The notes under the pieces are model-generated. The model searched no databases. It was not told the DNA's origin and saw only the letters and a list, made by a program, of their open reading frames with translations. Of a stretch of 64,000 bases of DNA, positions 52,983 through 64,000 are shown one piece after another. Positions within the stretch are counted from its first letter, which is position 1, and each line of letters begins with the position of its first letter. The stretch spans positions 51,398,001 through 51,462,000 of the forward strand of contig NC_092355.1 in NCBI RefSeq assembly GCF_963676685.1. Reading direction: 5' to 3'. This DNA comes from Mytilus edulis (lineage: Eukaryota). The translations under genes were made by a program, and so were the position numbers.

Positions 52983-53182
52983 ATAATAGCCATTCATTAA
53001 ATGAATTTCTGCAAATGCATGGTTTTAGCATCATAAACATGATGAAGGAAATACAATAAGACATGTAAGACAAACGATAAAACAAAATCAAACGAAAATC
53101 TACAAATTAAGGCATATAAAGCTACACATCTATCCATAATCTAGTAAATAGTTATCAAAGGTTCCAAGATTATAATTTATTA

Positions 53183-53224
53183 CGCCAGACGCACGTTTCG
53201 TCTACATAAGACTCATCAGTGACG
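53183..53224 (-). ncRNA. Intact minimal type I hammerhead ribozyme (within retrozyme fragment ~53144-53365)
   Basis: CGUCA-CUGAUGA-GUCU-uaugu-AGAC-GAAA-CGUGC-GUC^UGGCG: stems I and II pair, the catalytic core is complete, stem III is minimal. Confidence 0.85.
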
Positions 53225-56200
53225 CTCAGATCAAAATAGTTGTAAAGCCAAACAAGTACAAAGTTGAAGAGCACTGAGGACCCAAAATTCCAAAAAGTAA
53301 GAGAATCGTTAGTTTTTTCGAAAAATTCAAATTTTTGTAACAGAAAATTTATAAAAATGATCACATAAGGTGAGGTGCTACGTCTAAGCAGATCCTAATC
53401 AACATTTGAAACCCGTGGTTTCGCTTGCGTAAGTACATGTGATGTGACATTATTGAAATAGCTTTTATAATTTATAATTGTTCCTACGGAATTGGATCAT
53501 CTCATTCGTCATCTATGAATAATGGGAGTCTTGATAATTAAACTAGTTGTTAATTTAAAAAAAGTTAATTACATTTTTAAATACCAGACGAAAGGTTTTG
53601 AGAAAAGGTTAATGTAAACATAAAACAAACATATAAAACGATCTCGGGCTTTTGGATTCATTTGCAATTATCCGGGATTGAATAAATACATGTTCCTAAA
53701 AATAATCAATTGATATCTTATAGTGTGTCTTTCTATGTTATGATGTTACACTATTGTTTCATGAAAGTGTGAAGGTTGGTACCTATTTAAACGTTTAAAC
53801 CCGCTGCATTTGTTTGCGACTGTCCTTAGTCGGGTACCTGATGTTTCGTAGGTTTTTGATGTGATTCAAAAGTGTTTCTCTTTTTTTTTATATATAAATT
53901 AGTTTGTTAGTTTCCCCGTTTGAGGGATTTTACACTAGTAATTTCGGGGCCTTGTATATCTTGTTGCCAAGACACCGTATTGAAGACCGTACTGTGACAT
54001 ACATATAATGGTTTACTTTTACAAATTGTGACTTGGATAGAGAGTTTGCATTGGCACTCATATCACATCTTCTTAAATCTATTTTTATTAAAAAGAAAGT
54101 TGTAATCCCGAGAGGAAAAGTAAGGAAAATACATTTTTTGTTGTTATTATGTCTCCTTAGTATCAAACACCTTTCATATGAATGACTTTTTAAATTTCTT
54201 ATTCCAGAATGATGATTTTTATCCACGGTAATCGACATATTTCTTTTATAGGATAAATAAGGCTATAGACCTCTTATGTATGTTAACGTCGATTTCAAAA
54301 TGGCCATCGACCTTAACACGTAAAGTGACAGCAATAACCATATTTCTAACCACAATATGTACATGTCTCCTATACATGATTTCTACGTGTCACTTGCGTG
54401 GATTATAAACATCATGCAAGCAAAGTCAAGCAATTATGTCGTTTGGGAGAAAATAACATGATATCTATAAACATTAGATAAGGCGATATGTTAAGAGCTA
54501 TTGTAAATTTCCAAGAGATTCCAAAATAGTCATATTCTTCAATCCTTTCAAAATCATGTCATTTAAGATGATAAATAAATAGGACGATGTGATCTTTAAT
54601 CTTGGATACAAATGTGAAGACAGATGTCATAATTTCATAAACATGCTATATTAGCTACATTGGAAAACATTGTTAATTCTATTTGATATAATACTTTAAC
54701 CATAATCTTTACTATGTTTTCTAATCATTAATTTCTTAGAATAAAATATGTGTAGAAAACAATCTGTTTCGGTTAGGCCTTAGCTAACATATAAGTGTTA
54801 TCCAAATCAGATCTGAAAATATCGCAATGTCACTTCTGTTTTGACGGTTTGCTATAAACACAAATATCTAAAAAATAATTGAAAACTGCATATGCAGAAA
54901 TTGAACCTTTTTATATTCGAATCCATTTGCATTTCATTTTGCAGAGACCTTTAAATGTGTGTGCCACTCTCACTACCCTCAACCCACACACACTTATGTA
55001 TTACTATTTCAATTTCGATTGTATTTTCTATCCAATTGTGGGGTCTCGGTGGCCAAGTGGACTAAGTAGTTTCTACTGAATCACTAGCCAGTAAGTTCAA
55101 AAATGTATGTAATAGAATTTAAATACCGCCATAGACTAATAAGACCTATATATTTTGAGTTGTTTGATATAAGCTATAGATATATTTTCTAACGCTATCA
55201 GTTTAAACTTTAGTGCATGAAGAAATTTTTCCAAGAACACTTTTCATAGGCAAATATTTGTATCATAATTTTCTTGTTAAAAAAAGGTTTTATAGGTATC
55301 GAAATTAAAAAAAAAACCACTTAAATATCGACTCGAGCAAAACTTTGCCACTAAACCCCTTACTATCCACACCATCATTTCGAAATTGACAATTTGTATT
55401 ATATCTAGGCCAATATGTTCGTATTCCGGAGAATTAGAAGAAAGTATGTGCATAGAAAATAATAGTTTGAAATGTTTTTACTGTCTATTCCGTGACTTTA
55501 ACAACATAATTCCATTTGGTATTGATAAATAGGAAAGATTCACAATGTCATATACAAAAATATCTTGAAAACTGAATACATATACCAGTAATCAAAATCC
55601 TGAGTCTTGAATCTAGGACAATATCATTGTCTTTCGTAAAGCTAAAACATAGGATGTACTAAGAAATTGATAATTAAGAATTTTGTTTTATGTTTATATA
55701 GAGAACTTAGTAATAAGATTCCATTAAATATTGATGAATATGAAAGTTTCAAATACAAAGGCAATATCCGGATAGCTATATAATTATCATTGTTTTCCAA
55801 ATCATTAAATTAAAAACAAAATTTCCTGATGCAACTTTTCATTTTTGAAACCATAAAGATATGAATAAAAATTAATTACATGCATGTTTTGCCATAAATT
55901 TTTGATTTCAAAAAGAAAAGCGGTAAAAGATTTCTTAATGTCTTGATTATGCAATTCTAAAAACATTGTCCAATCCAAAATAATTTTGAGGAAAATTGCA
56001 ACGTAGGCGAATTTGTTATTTGGGTGGAACTGCACTGGATAACCACAACTGTTTAAATAGTTTTATTGATGAAAGTTGAAAATGTGTCTGATATCTAGGC
56101 TAATATGTCTTTAGATTTTGTCTTTTAATCATTTCTATTAATCCAATACCTCACTATCTGAAAGGCAAGGTCAAAGAGATTAAAAATAAGCGTTAAACGT

Positions 56201-57881
56201 CATTACTAAATATATTTCATTAAGCAATTATCGACTAATTGCGATGAGGTGAAATCTTAAATCAAAACACAACAAAACATGCTTTGAAAAGATATCACTA
56301 GAGATAAGTTTATATATAGCAAAGTTACGACTGTCTTTATAATATATCTTATCTTTCTCTCAGCAACCTCTACAAGCATCAACACATGTTGCATCAAAAT
56401 AAAGATGAGGCATGCGCGTTTTATAAATTTTATACTTCCACGAGATTATAAAACAATAAAGAGATAATATACGGATTAGTATTGGGTTTACAAAATAAAG
56501 AAACATAACAACCTCCTACGTTAATTGGTCTCTGGTTGAGAGTTGGCGTTTAAAAAAAGGAAAATAACAAAAATACTGAACTGTAAAAAAAATTTAAAAT
56601 GGACGATCTCTCGTCGCATGGCTAAATGAAAAGCTTTAACACGTTAAACAAATAGAAAACTATTAGTTTGAATGAAGGACGAATAATAAATAATTAAAAG
56701 ATTGGAGAATGTAGAGGTACAGAAATATAAAGAATAGAATATGATGGAAATTTAAGACAAAAGGGGCTAAAAAAGTCAGAAAGCTGGCCTTTAAATTAAA
56801 GAATATAAAAAGTGATGGACACCATACAGAACCCCTTAAATATGAATCCAAAGTACCGACCTTAGTGTTCTATGTTGAAACGTTGATCATTATATGCCAC
56901 GCATACACCATGTTTTGCCGTAAAATGTATGCAACAGAAAGGCAGAATGTTAATATGTTTTCTAAAAATAAGACAACGTGGAATCATAGGACAACTCTCA
57001 TACAAAGACCAAATAAAGAAGAGGATAAACAACTGTAAGCCGCCGTATAACCTTCAACAATAATTATAGATAAACCCCTTATCGCACAATATGCTATGAT
57101 AGATCAGAAACAAACTTTAATGAATTCAAACAAGAACTTCTAACAATTTTCTACGTTAATTGGTCTCTTGTGGAGAGTTGTATCATTTGTAATTATACTT
57201 TTTATCTTTTGTATCGGACGTTTGAAAGAAAGAGTCAAGTAACCAAAATACTGAAATCTAGGGAAAATTCAAAACGAACAATCTCTTGTTAAATGTCTAG
57301 ATAAAAATTTCAAACGAATGGTAAACAACTGTCAAATAGAGTTTTCGCAGAAACGAATGTATTACTAATCCCAATGTTTGTAAATATGATCTACAAGTCT
57401 TCGAAACATGATTTCTACGTGGCACTTGCGTGCATTTTATACATTTTGCGATCAAAACTAAGCACTTTATCGTTCCTAAGAAACAACAACAATACTATCT
57501 CTCAACTTTAGAGAAGGCGTTATGTTAAAAGCTGTAATCTTTCCCGAGAGATACCAAATACAATAATATTCTTCCATCTTTTCAAAATCGTGTTAGTTAG
57601 GATGATAGATAAACAAGACGGTGTGATCTTAAAACACTTAGACACAAATGTTAGCACGGATGTCATACTATCAAGATGAACTTCACGTTGTGAGACAGGT
57701 ATTTTGAGCCCTTTTATATTCATTCTGTTAAGCGTCCACTCGATCATTTTGGTACATGAAGACATTTATGGAAAAAAATTACATCGGTGCGAATATTGGT
57801 GTCATACTTTTGTTGGACGAGTTGCAGGTTTTTGTAGATATACAAAACAATCATTTATTCGAATAACATATTGCTTCTTAA

Positions 57882-58152
57882 GGTGGTACCTAACACTACA
57901 GGGAGACAACTCTGTAAAATCAGCTAAACGTTTTAATAACGTTGTGTTGTTAAAGGGATATTAAGCTTCTCAATGATCAAAATGAGTGTTTGTCAAACTG
58001 CTATATAACCAGTGTAATTTTCTGATTAAACGGTTGGTTCAAAATTATAATTTTTTATATATTTTTGTCAAGGGGTCAAAGTAAATACTTTGTCAAAATT
58101 TTAAGAAAATTAAACGAGCCAAATTTATTTTAGTGAAGTGTTGGGTACCACC
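57882..58152. mobile_element. TTAA-targeting MITE (Kolobok-like)
   Basis: TTAA|GGTGGTACCTAACACT ... AGTGTTGGGTACCACC|TTAA; RR..YY termini fit Kolobok rather than piggyBac. Confidence 0.75.
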
Positions 58153-61100
58153 TTAACTATTTAATATCCATACAACCAATTTTGACATTAACAACGAGTC
58201 TTGAAGCTAGGACAATACCATCCTGACCATTGTCTTTCGTAGAGCGGAAATATAGGATGTTTGTAGAAAATGATAATTAAGAATTATTTAATGTCTATGC
58301 AGTGACTTAAGCAATATAATTCCATTTATTATTGATTAATATGAAAGTTTCGCATACAGATGCACAATTATAAACGCTATATGTGATCAAAGTCCTACAG
58401 GCAATATAATTTCCATATCAGAATGTTAAAAAATATCCATACGTAACTATTTTTATTTTGACACGCCCGAAGAAATGAATAAAAACAAACAATTACAACA
58501 TAAAAGTTTTAGTATATAAATTGCAAACAAAAAGATAAATGTTGATGTCAAATTTGCTGAATGCCAAGATTATGTAATGTAGTCAATATTTCTAAAATAC
58601 CTTTTAAAAGAAAAATGCAACGTTAGCGATTTAGTTACTTGTCTGAAACCGCACTGGATAACCAGTACTGTTGTATAGTGTTATAAATCAAAGATCAAGG
58701 TCTTTAGACTAGTCCTTGATATTAACAAAACATCACACTATCGCAAATAAAAGGTTAAATAGATTAAACCAATGTAATGCATTCAAGCGTTACATAGTTA
58801 TTGTTAACTATAGTACCTTAACGGATTATCGACAAACTGAAATTTGATTTAATCTTTATTAGAAAAACAGCAAACATGTTATTATGGTTATAATGCATAA
58901 CTAAGACAATATTACAACTGTCTTGATAATAAATCATATCATCCTCTACAAATTCATGTTCTAATAGCATAGATACGAGTTAAACAAATGTAGCATGAAA
59001 ATTAAGATAAAACTGGACTTAATATATATTGCATGTTGTCAAATAATTTTCTGGATTTACCTACAGCATCCACCATTCCACGAGGATGATAAAATAATAT
59101 TTGGCCTGGAATTAAAGATAGAACACGAAAGAGCACTTCATAAATCGTAGTCTTTCGAAGCACTTTCTTACAAAGATAAAACAATTAAAAAGATAGTACG
59201 TGAGGGTTTGGGTGGGATTTGCAGATTTTAGAAAAACGTGCATAACATTTAGAATAGTGGGCAAAACATACAGAGACACGAGAAAAATGGGCGATACATT
59301 CCACCAACAAGAGTGTTACGAAATTCTGCACTCGAAACAGTTGAAATATTTAAAGCGCGAGGCCTGCAGAGACTTTAAAAAATTAAGATTAAACTGTTGA
59401 AAGTGAAGAAATATCGTAATACACTATCTATCCTACTTTGTCAAATGTTGTTCCAGAAAATCGATTTCGTTCATGATAATCGATATCCCCTTTTTGTGGT
59501 AAATCTATATAGCTCTAATTGATGTAAAATTTGGCTTCTTAATATGCATCGGTCCTTCAAATGTTTTGGGTATACGTGAACGTTCTACCACAATGTTTGT
59601 GAGTATGACCAACCAGTCCTGTATACATTATTTCCACGCGGGACTTGCATGTATTACGCATTCTGCGATGAACCAATTTGAAGCAATTTATGTCGTATCT
59701 AAGCATGCTATCTCTGAACATTAAAGAAGGTGGTATGTAAAGAGCTACTTTCTATTCCAAGAGATTCCTGAAAGATAATATTATTTAATTATTTTTAAAT
59801 CATGTTAGTTCAGTTGTTAAATAAATAGGACGTTATTACATTTAAACTTTTCGAAACAAATGTCAGCACGGATGTCATTAACATAGAAATTTGACATTTA
59901 ATACATTGATTTTGGACAATAGGTTATAATTCAATATCTTTATCATAACGATGTTTTGCCATCACTAACTTCTTTACATAATATTTGTTTTGTAGCAAAA
60001 AGTAAAAGCCCAAAAATACTGAACTCTGAGGAAAATTCAAAACATATAGTCCTTTATCAAATGGCAAAATCAAAAGCTCAAACAAATCAAACGAATAATT
60101 AAGAACTGTCATATTCCTAGCTTGGTATAAGAATTTTCTTATATAGAAAATTGTGGATTAAACCTGGTTTTATGGCTATATAAACCTCTCATTTGTATGA
60201 CAGATGCATAAAATTCCATCTTAATGACAGCTGTGTGAACAAAAAAAAAACATACATAACAGGTCAAAATGTCTAAAACATCATACTATCGTTATGACTA
60301 ACATCTTTATGTTATAATATAATTATCTGAAAATCTGTCTGATATGTTTGGTTTTTGTGATTTTGCTGTTAACACTAATGTTTTAAAAACAGAATTCGAA
60401 ACCATATTTTCTATAATTTACTACACGAATCAAATTGCAGATGGGTTTTTTAACAACCCCACGAACAAACACTGAAGCATTATCAAAACGTATTTTGTCT
60501 TTGACAGGTGAAGATAATTGTTGAATAAACTGTAATTATACTCCTACTAAAATGTCTCCGTCATCAAAGACTTCTTGCTAATATCTAGAATATACTACTT
60601 ACATTCAGATTCTCGTAAATAAATGAACAGTAATACAATCTTCATGTTTTTGTTTTTAGAGTCAAATTGCTCTTGAAATGGTATCAATAACAGTTTATGC
60701 AATAAAGAATCAATTAAGATGTTGTTTACTAGGAAATCAACAGCTATATATTTCAATGGACATGTCAGTTTTCTTCTACCGAAACAAGTTAACAGTGTTG
60801 AGGGTGATTAATTTAAGTTAATCGCAAATGTTTTAGTGGGCATTTTTGTAATTTCCAGTTAATGAATTATGTAGTACTAAGTTTAGTTTAATTTGGTCCC
60901 CGCGACAATTTAACTTAAAGGGTTTGGGCTATTTTATTTAAGCTTTTTAAGATATATTCTCTAAAGCATTTCCTCGACCTTTGGCGTGCATGAAAATTTG
61001 CATAAGCATGCACAAATATTGGTATCATTCTGTTTGTATGACGTAAAAACAAGTTTTTTGTCCATGGATTTATGAGTTCTGAACAGCGGTATAAAACTGT

Positions 61101-63460
61101 TGCCTTTATTTATCTTACTAACAATTTAAAATTTACAAATTTATTCAAAAGGAAAACAATAGATGGTTAAAAAATTGCTGAAAGTAATAATTTGGCAAGA
61201 AAAACATAGTGTTATCCGTTTTCATTGTTTGTCTGTAGACGCACAGGATTAATAAAGCTTTTTTATAAATAGTGTTATTGATCAAATATCAAAGTCTATA
61301 TATAAGTTGTTTGATTGTTAAAATTAACAAAGCATCATCTTATCTCAAAAGGTTAAATAGTTTAAACCAATTTAAATCATTCGGTCTATTGTTAACCGTT
61401 GTTATTACTTATAAAACCTAAAATGATCTTCTACATATTTCACTAAAATCTTCAAAAGAATAACAGCAAACATGTTTTGAAACTGTATTAGGGGTAACTA
61501 GGACCAAAATACAACTGTGCTGATTATCCTCATCGTGTATTATATCTTCGTTATTACAACATCTAAATAATGGTGTATGAATACTTTACGAAATACAGCA
61601 CTTTTCATACGTCCGACACACTTTTCTTAATTTCCTTTCACAATCTAAAAAGATCATACTGAACTTAGTGAGAAATACATTCATTGAAGGTACTAGAAGT
61701 AGCGTAGAATGTTGTTTGCAAGACGCGCGTTCGAATTACAAGACCCAGAATTGACGTTTGAATCAAAACAGCTAAAAAGGCTAAAAACTGTCGAAGGAAA
61801 ATGAAGACACAACGTTACACTCATGGTTTTGACAAACACATATCAGTGTATCTATACCTCGGGTCATTGCCATGCATTCATAGGGCATTCTTTGTTTATT
61901 GATCTTTTTGCAACAGAAAGACAACTTGTAGACCGCTATTTTCGTACTTGCGTGAGTTGTAAAATTGAATCGCTCGAGGAAATTAGTATGTTTACAGAAG
62001 CTGAATAGATTTGATAGGGGAAAACTATCTAGATATGACGTTTAACAATCAGAATCACTTAAAATACTTATAAATGAATGACAAATACCGGAGAAACAAA
62101 TTCCGAACACAATAAATCTATAAAAAAAACTTTTAATTTGTGTAGTTCAACTTAACTCTTAATGTGAGTATTCCTAAACCATATAACAATGGTATGAAAT
62201 AAGAAACAGCTCGGTAAATTAACTTGATGATGATAGGGTGGACACATTTTCAGGACTGTTTTATTCGGTTGTTGAAAAAATAGCTCCACAACAACCCCAA
62301 AATAAGCCATGCACACAGTACATTCATCCCCAAAACATAGCCATAGCCCATCAGATGAGTACGCAGTTTTTTTTAGACTATGTTTTTTCTTTTACAAAAT
62401 ATGGATAAATTGAAATCGATCAATCGTTCATTTACCAACCATGACATCTACATCGATGGTTGTCAGCTGAGATTGAAAATCGATTTCTTAAATGATCGTC
62501 CATTAGTCGACAGAAAAATCATCTTTATGTTTTTGTTTATTTGGGAAGATGTTATTTCTTAGAATGGTATCAATGACATTGTTTTCAACAAAGTATCAAT
62601 TAAGATGTTGTTTACTAGCAGCTGCAAAAGATATGTATTGTCACATAAACATTACATTTCTGCATTTTTGTTAATTACTAGCAGAGGTTTGAAGCGTCAA
62701 CCATGTTTAGATTAAATTTAAACAGTTCCAGGGTGATTGTCTTGCGAATTATTTCACAGACATGCTTTTCTTCATTGACAAACGATCATGGACACATTCC
62801 CACAAAGATGCGATCGACATGTATAGGGAAGTCTGGAGTTCAATAAATACTTTGTTGCCAAAGGTTTATGCAAGTCTTTATGCATATTTCGAAGCATGCA
62901 ACATATGCAACAACGGAATTATACGGCTCGCCAAATACAAGAACATATCTTACACAATACCAGGCTGATATATTTATTATCAATCACGGATTGAACGTCA
63001 AATGATACATTGCTTAAAATTAGTAATTTTAATTTCATGAATGGATGCAACTGTAGTAAAATTTGTGGTTGCTCCCAAAGCCAAGTTGACCTTCACGTTT
63101 TGACCTGTTTTACAAACTGAAATTATGATCTTCAAATTTCATTCTCTACAACATTAACTCGATCTGAAAAAATATTACACACCACCATCTCCGACAGTGA
63201 AAATAAGTCGTACTATTGTCCTAGATACAAGACTCATTTTTAATACCGCATATGATGTTGTGCAATTTTTTAGATCGAGTTTCCGTAGGACGAAAAAAAA
63301 AGGATATTGCTTGGAAGTTAACTGTAATCATGTCTGAGCGCCGACTTAACAAAACTTTTCATTTGATGTTAATAAGTATTCTAAACTTCACATGCAAAAG
63401 AGAATTGAATTTTAACATGCTTTTCCTGCCATAAATTTTAGTTCAAATGCTAGATATAAC

Positions 63461-63492
63461 CATAGATGTAATACCCATGTATTACATCTATG
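63461..63492. mobile_element. 32-bp TIR-only derivative of the MITE at 7638-8031
   Basis: CATAGATGTAATACCCAT-GTATTACATCTATG flanked by 7-bp TSD ATATAAC. Confidence 0.85.
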
Positions 63493-64000
63493 ATATAACT
63501 TTGAGGAGAAAAACACAGCATAATCCGTATTCTATACACTAAATTATTTGTCTTGAACCACGCTGGATAACCAAAACTGCCGTTTAAATAATATAATAGG
63601 CTAAAGATCAATCTACAGATTAATCGTTTAAATCATAATGTTAATAAAACATCAAACTATCGTAAAAGCAAGGTCAATTAGATTAAACTAATTTAAATCA
63701 TTCGGTCTAGTTATTAACCGTTATTATTACCTGAAGTACCATATTAAGATAATTTTAACAAATTGCAATTAATTTAAATCTTAAATAGAAAACAACAACC
63801 ATGTAATGAAACAATACTAGGCGTAACCAGTACCAAATTACGACTGTCATAATAGTCAGATATCATATCTTCTTCTTTATACACGAATTACATAAATGTA
63901 GCGTGAATTTTCAGATAAAAAAAATTAAAACTTTTCAAATTATATATGCATCTTAAGCACTTTTGTATTTACAATGCACCTTAAAGATGGATTATAGATA

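Larger units (their letters stand above)
54375..64000. repeat. Second array of diverged ~2.5-3 kb non-coding units (modules E, F, G, plus D)
   Basis: E ~54375-54660, 57405-57680, 59625-59880; F ~54830-54920, 57820-57875, 60345-60440; G ~55590-56450, 58190-59100, 61180-61600, 63210-64000; D ~60600-60810, 62465-62740. Confidence 0.8.

Noticed and set aside
62762-62968. 68-aa ORF in a slightly GC-richer patch
   Set aside because: No recognisable domain or splice context, and absent from paralogous units

Overview
AT-rich, repeat-dense eukaryotic DNA. The repeat families point to a bivalve mollusc, most likely a Mytilus mussel (inference). Only one host protein gene is supported: a two-exon GNAT-family N-acetyltransferase on the minus strand (ATG-GAA-CT exon at 5264-5271, phase-2 intron, main exon 4048-4621), with a TATA box 30 nt upstream of an Inr-like site and a poly(A) signal. 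The rest is mobile DNA and non-coding duplications. It includes two Penelope-like (Naiad-type) RT families with many 3'-UTR-only copies, about ten copies of a ~365-370 nt type I hammerhead-ribozyme retrozyme, tRNA-derived SINEs, an L2/CR1-group LINE 3' fragment, non-autonomous Helitrons, MITEs with clear TSDs, and a 35-bp minisatellite. From ~34.5 kb to the end lie two arrays of diverged, ORF-less duplicated modules. The most interesting signals are three: the retrozyme/PLE system (fixed 3' end, greater-than-unit-length insertion, nested PLE), a structured motif shared by otherwise unrelated retroelement 3' regions, and the unexplained non-coding module arrays. Coordinates were read by eye, so repeat boundaries are approximate unless a TSD or terminus is quoted.
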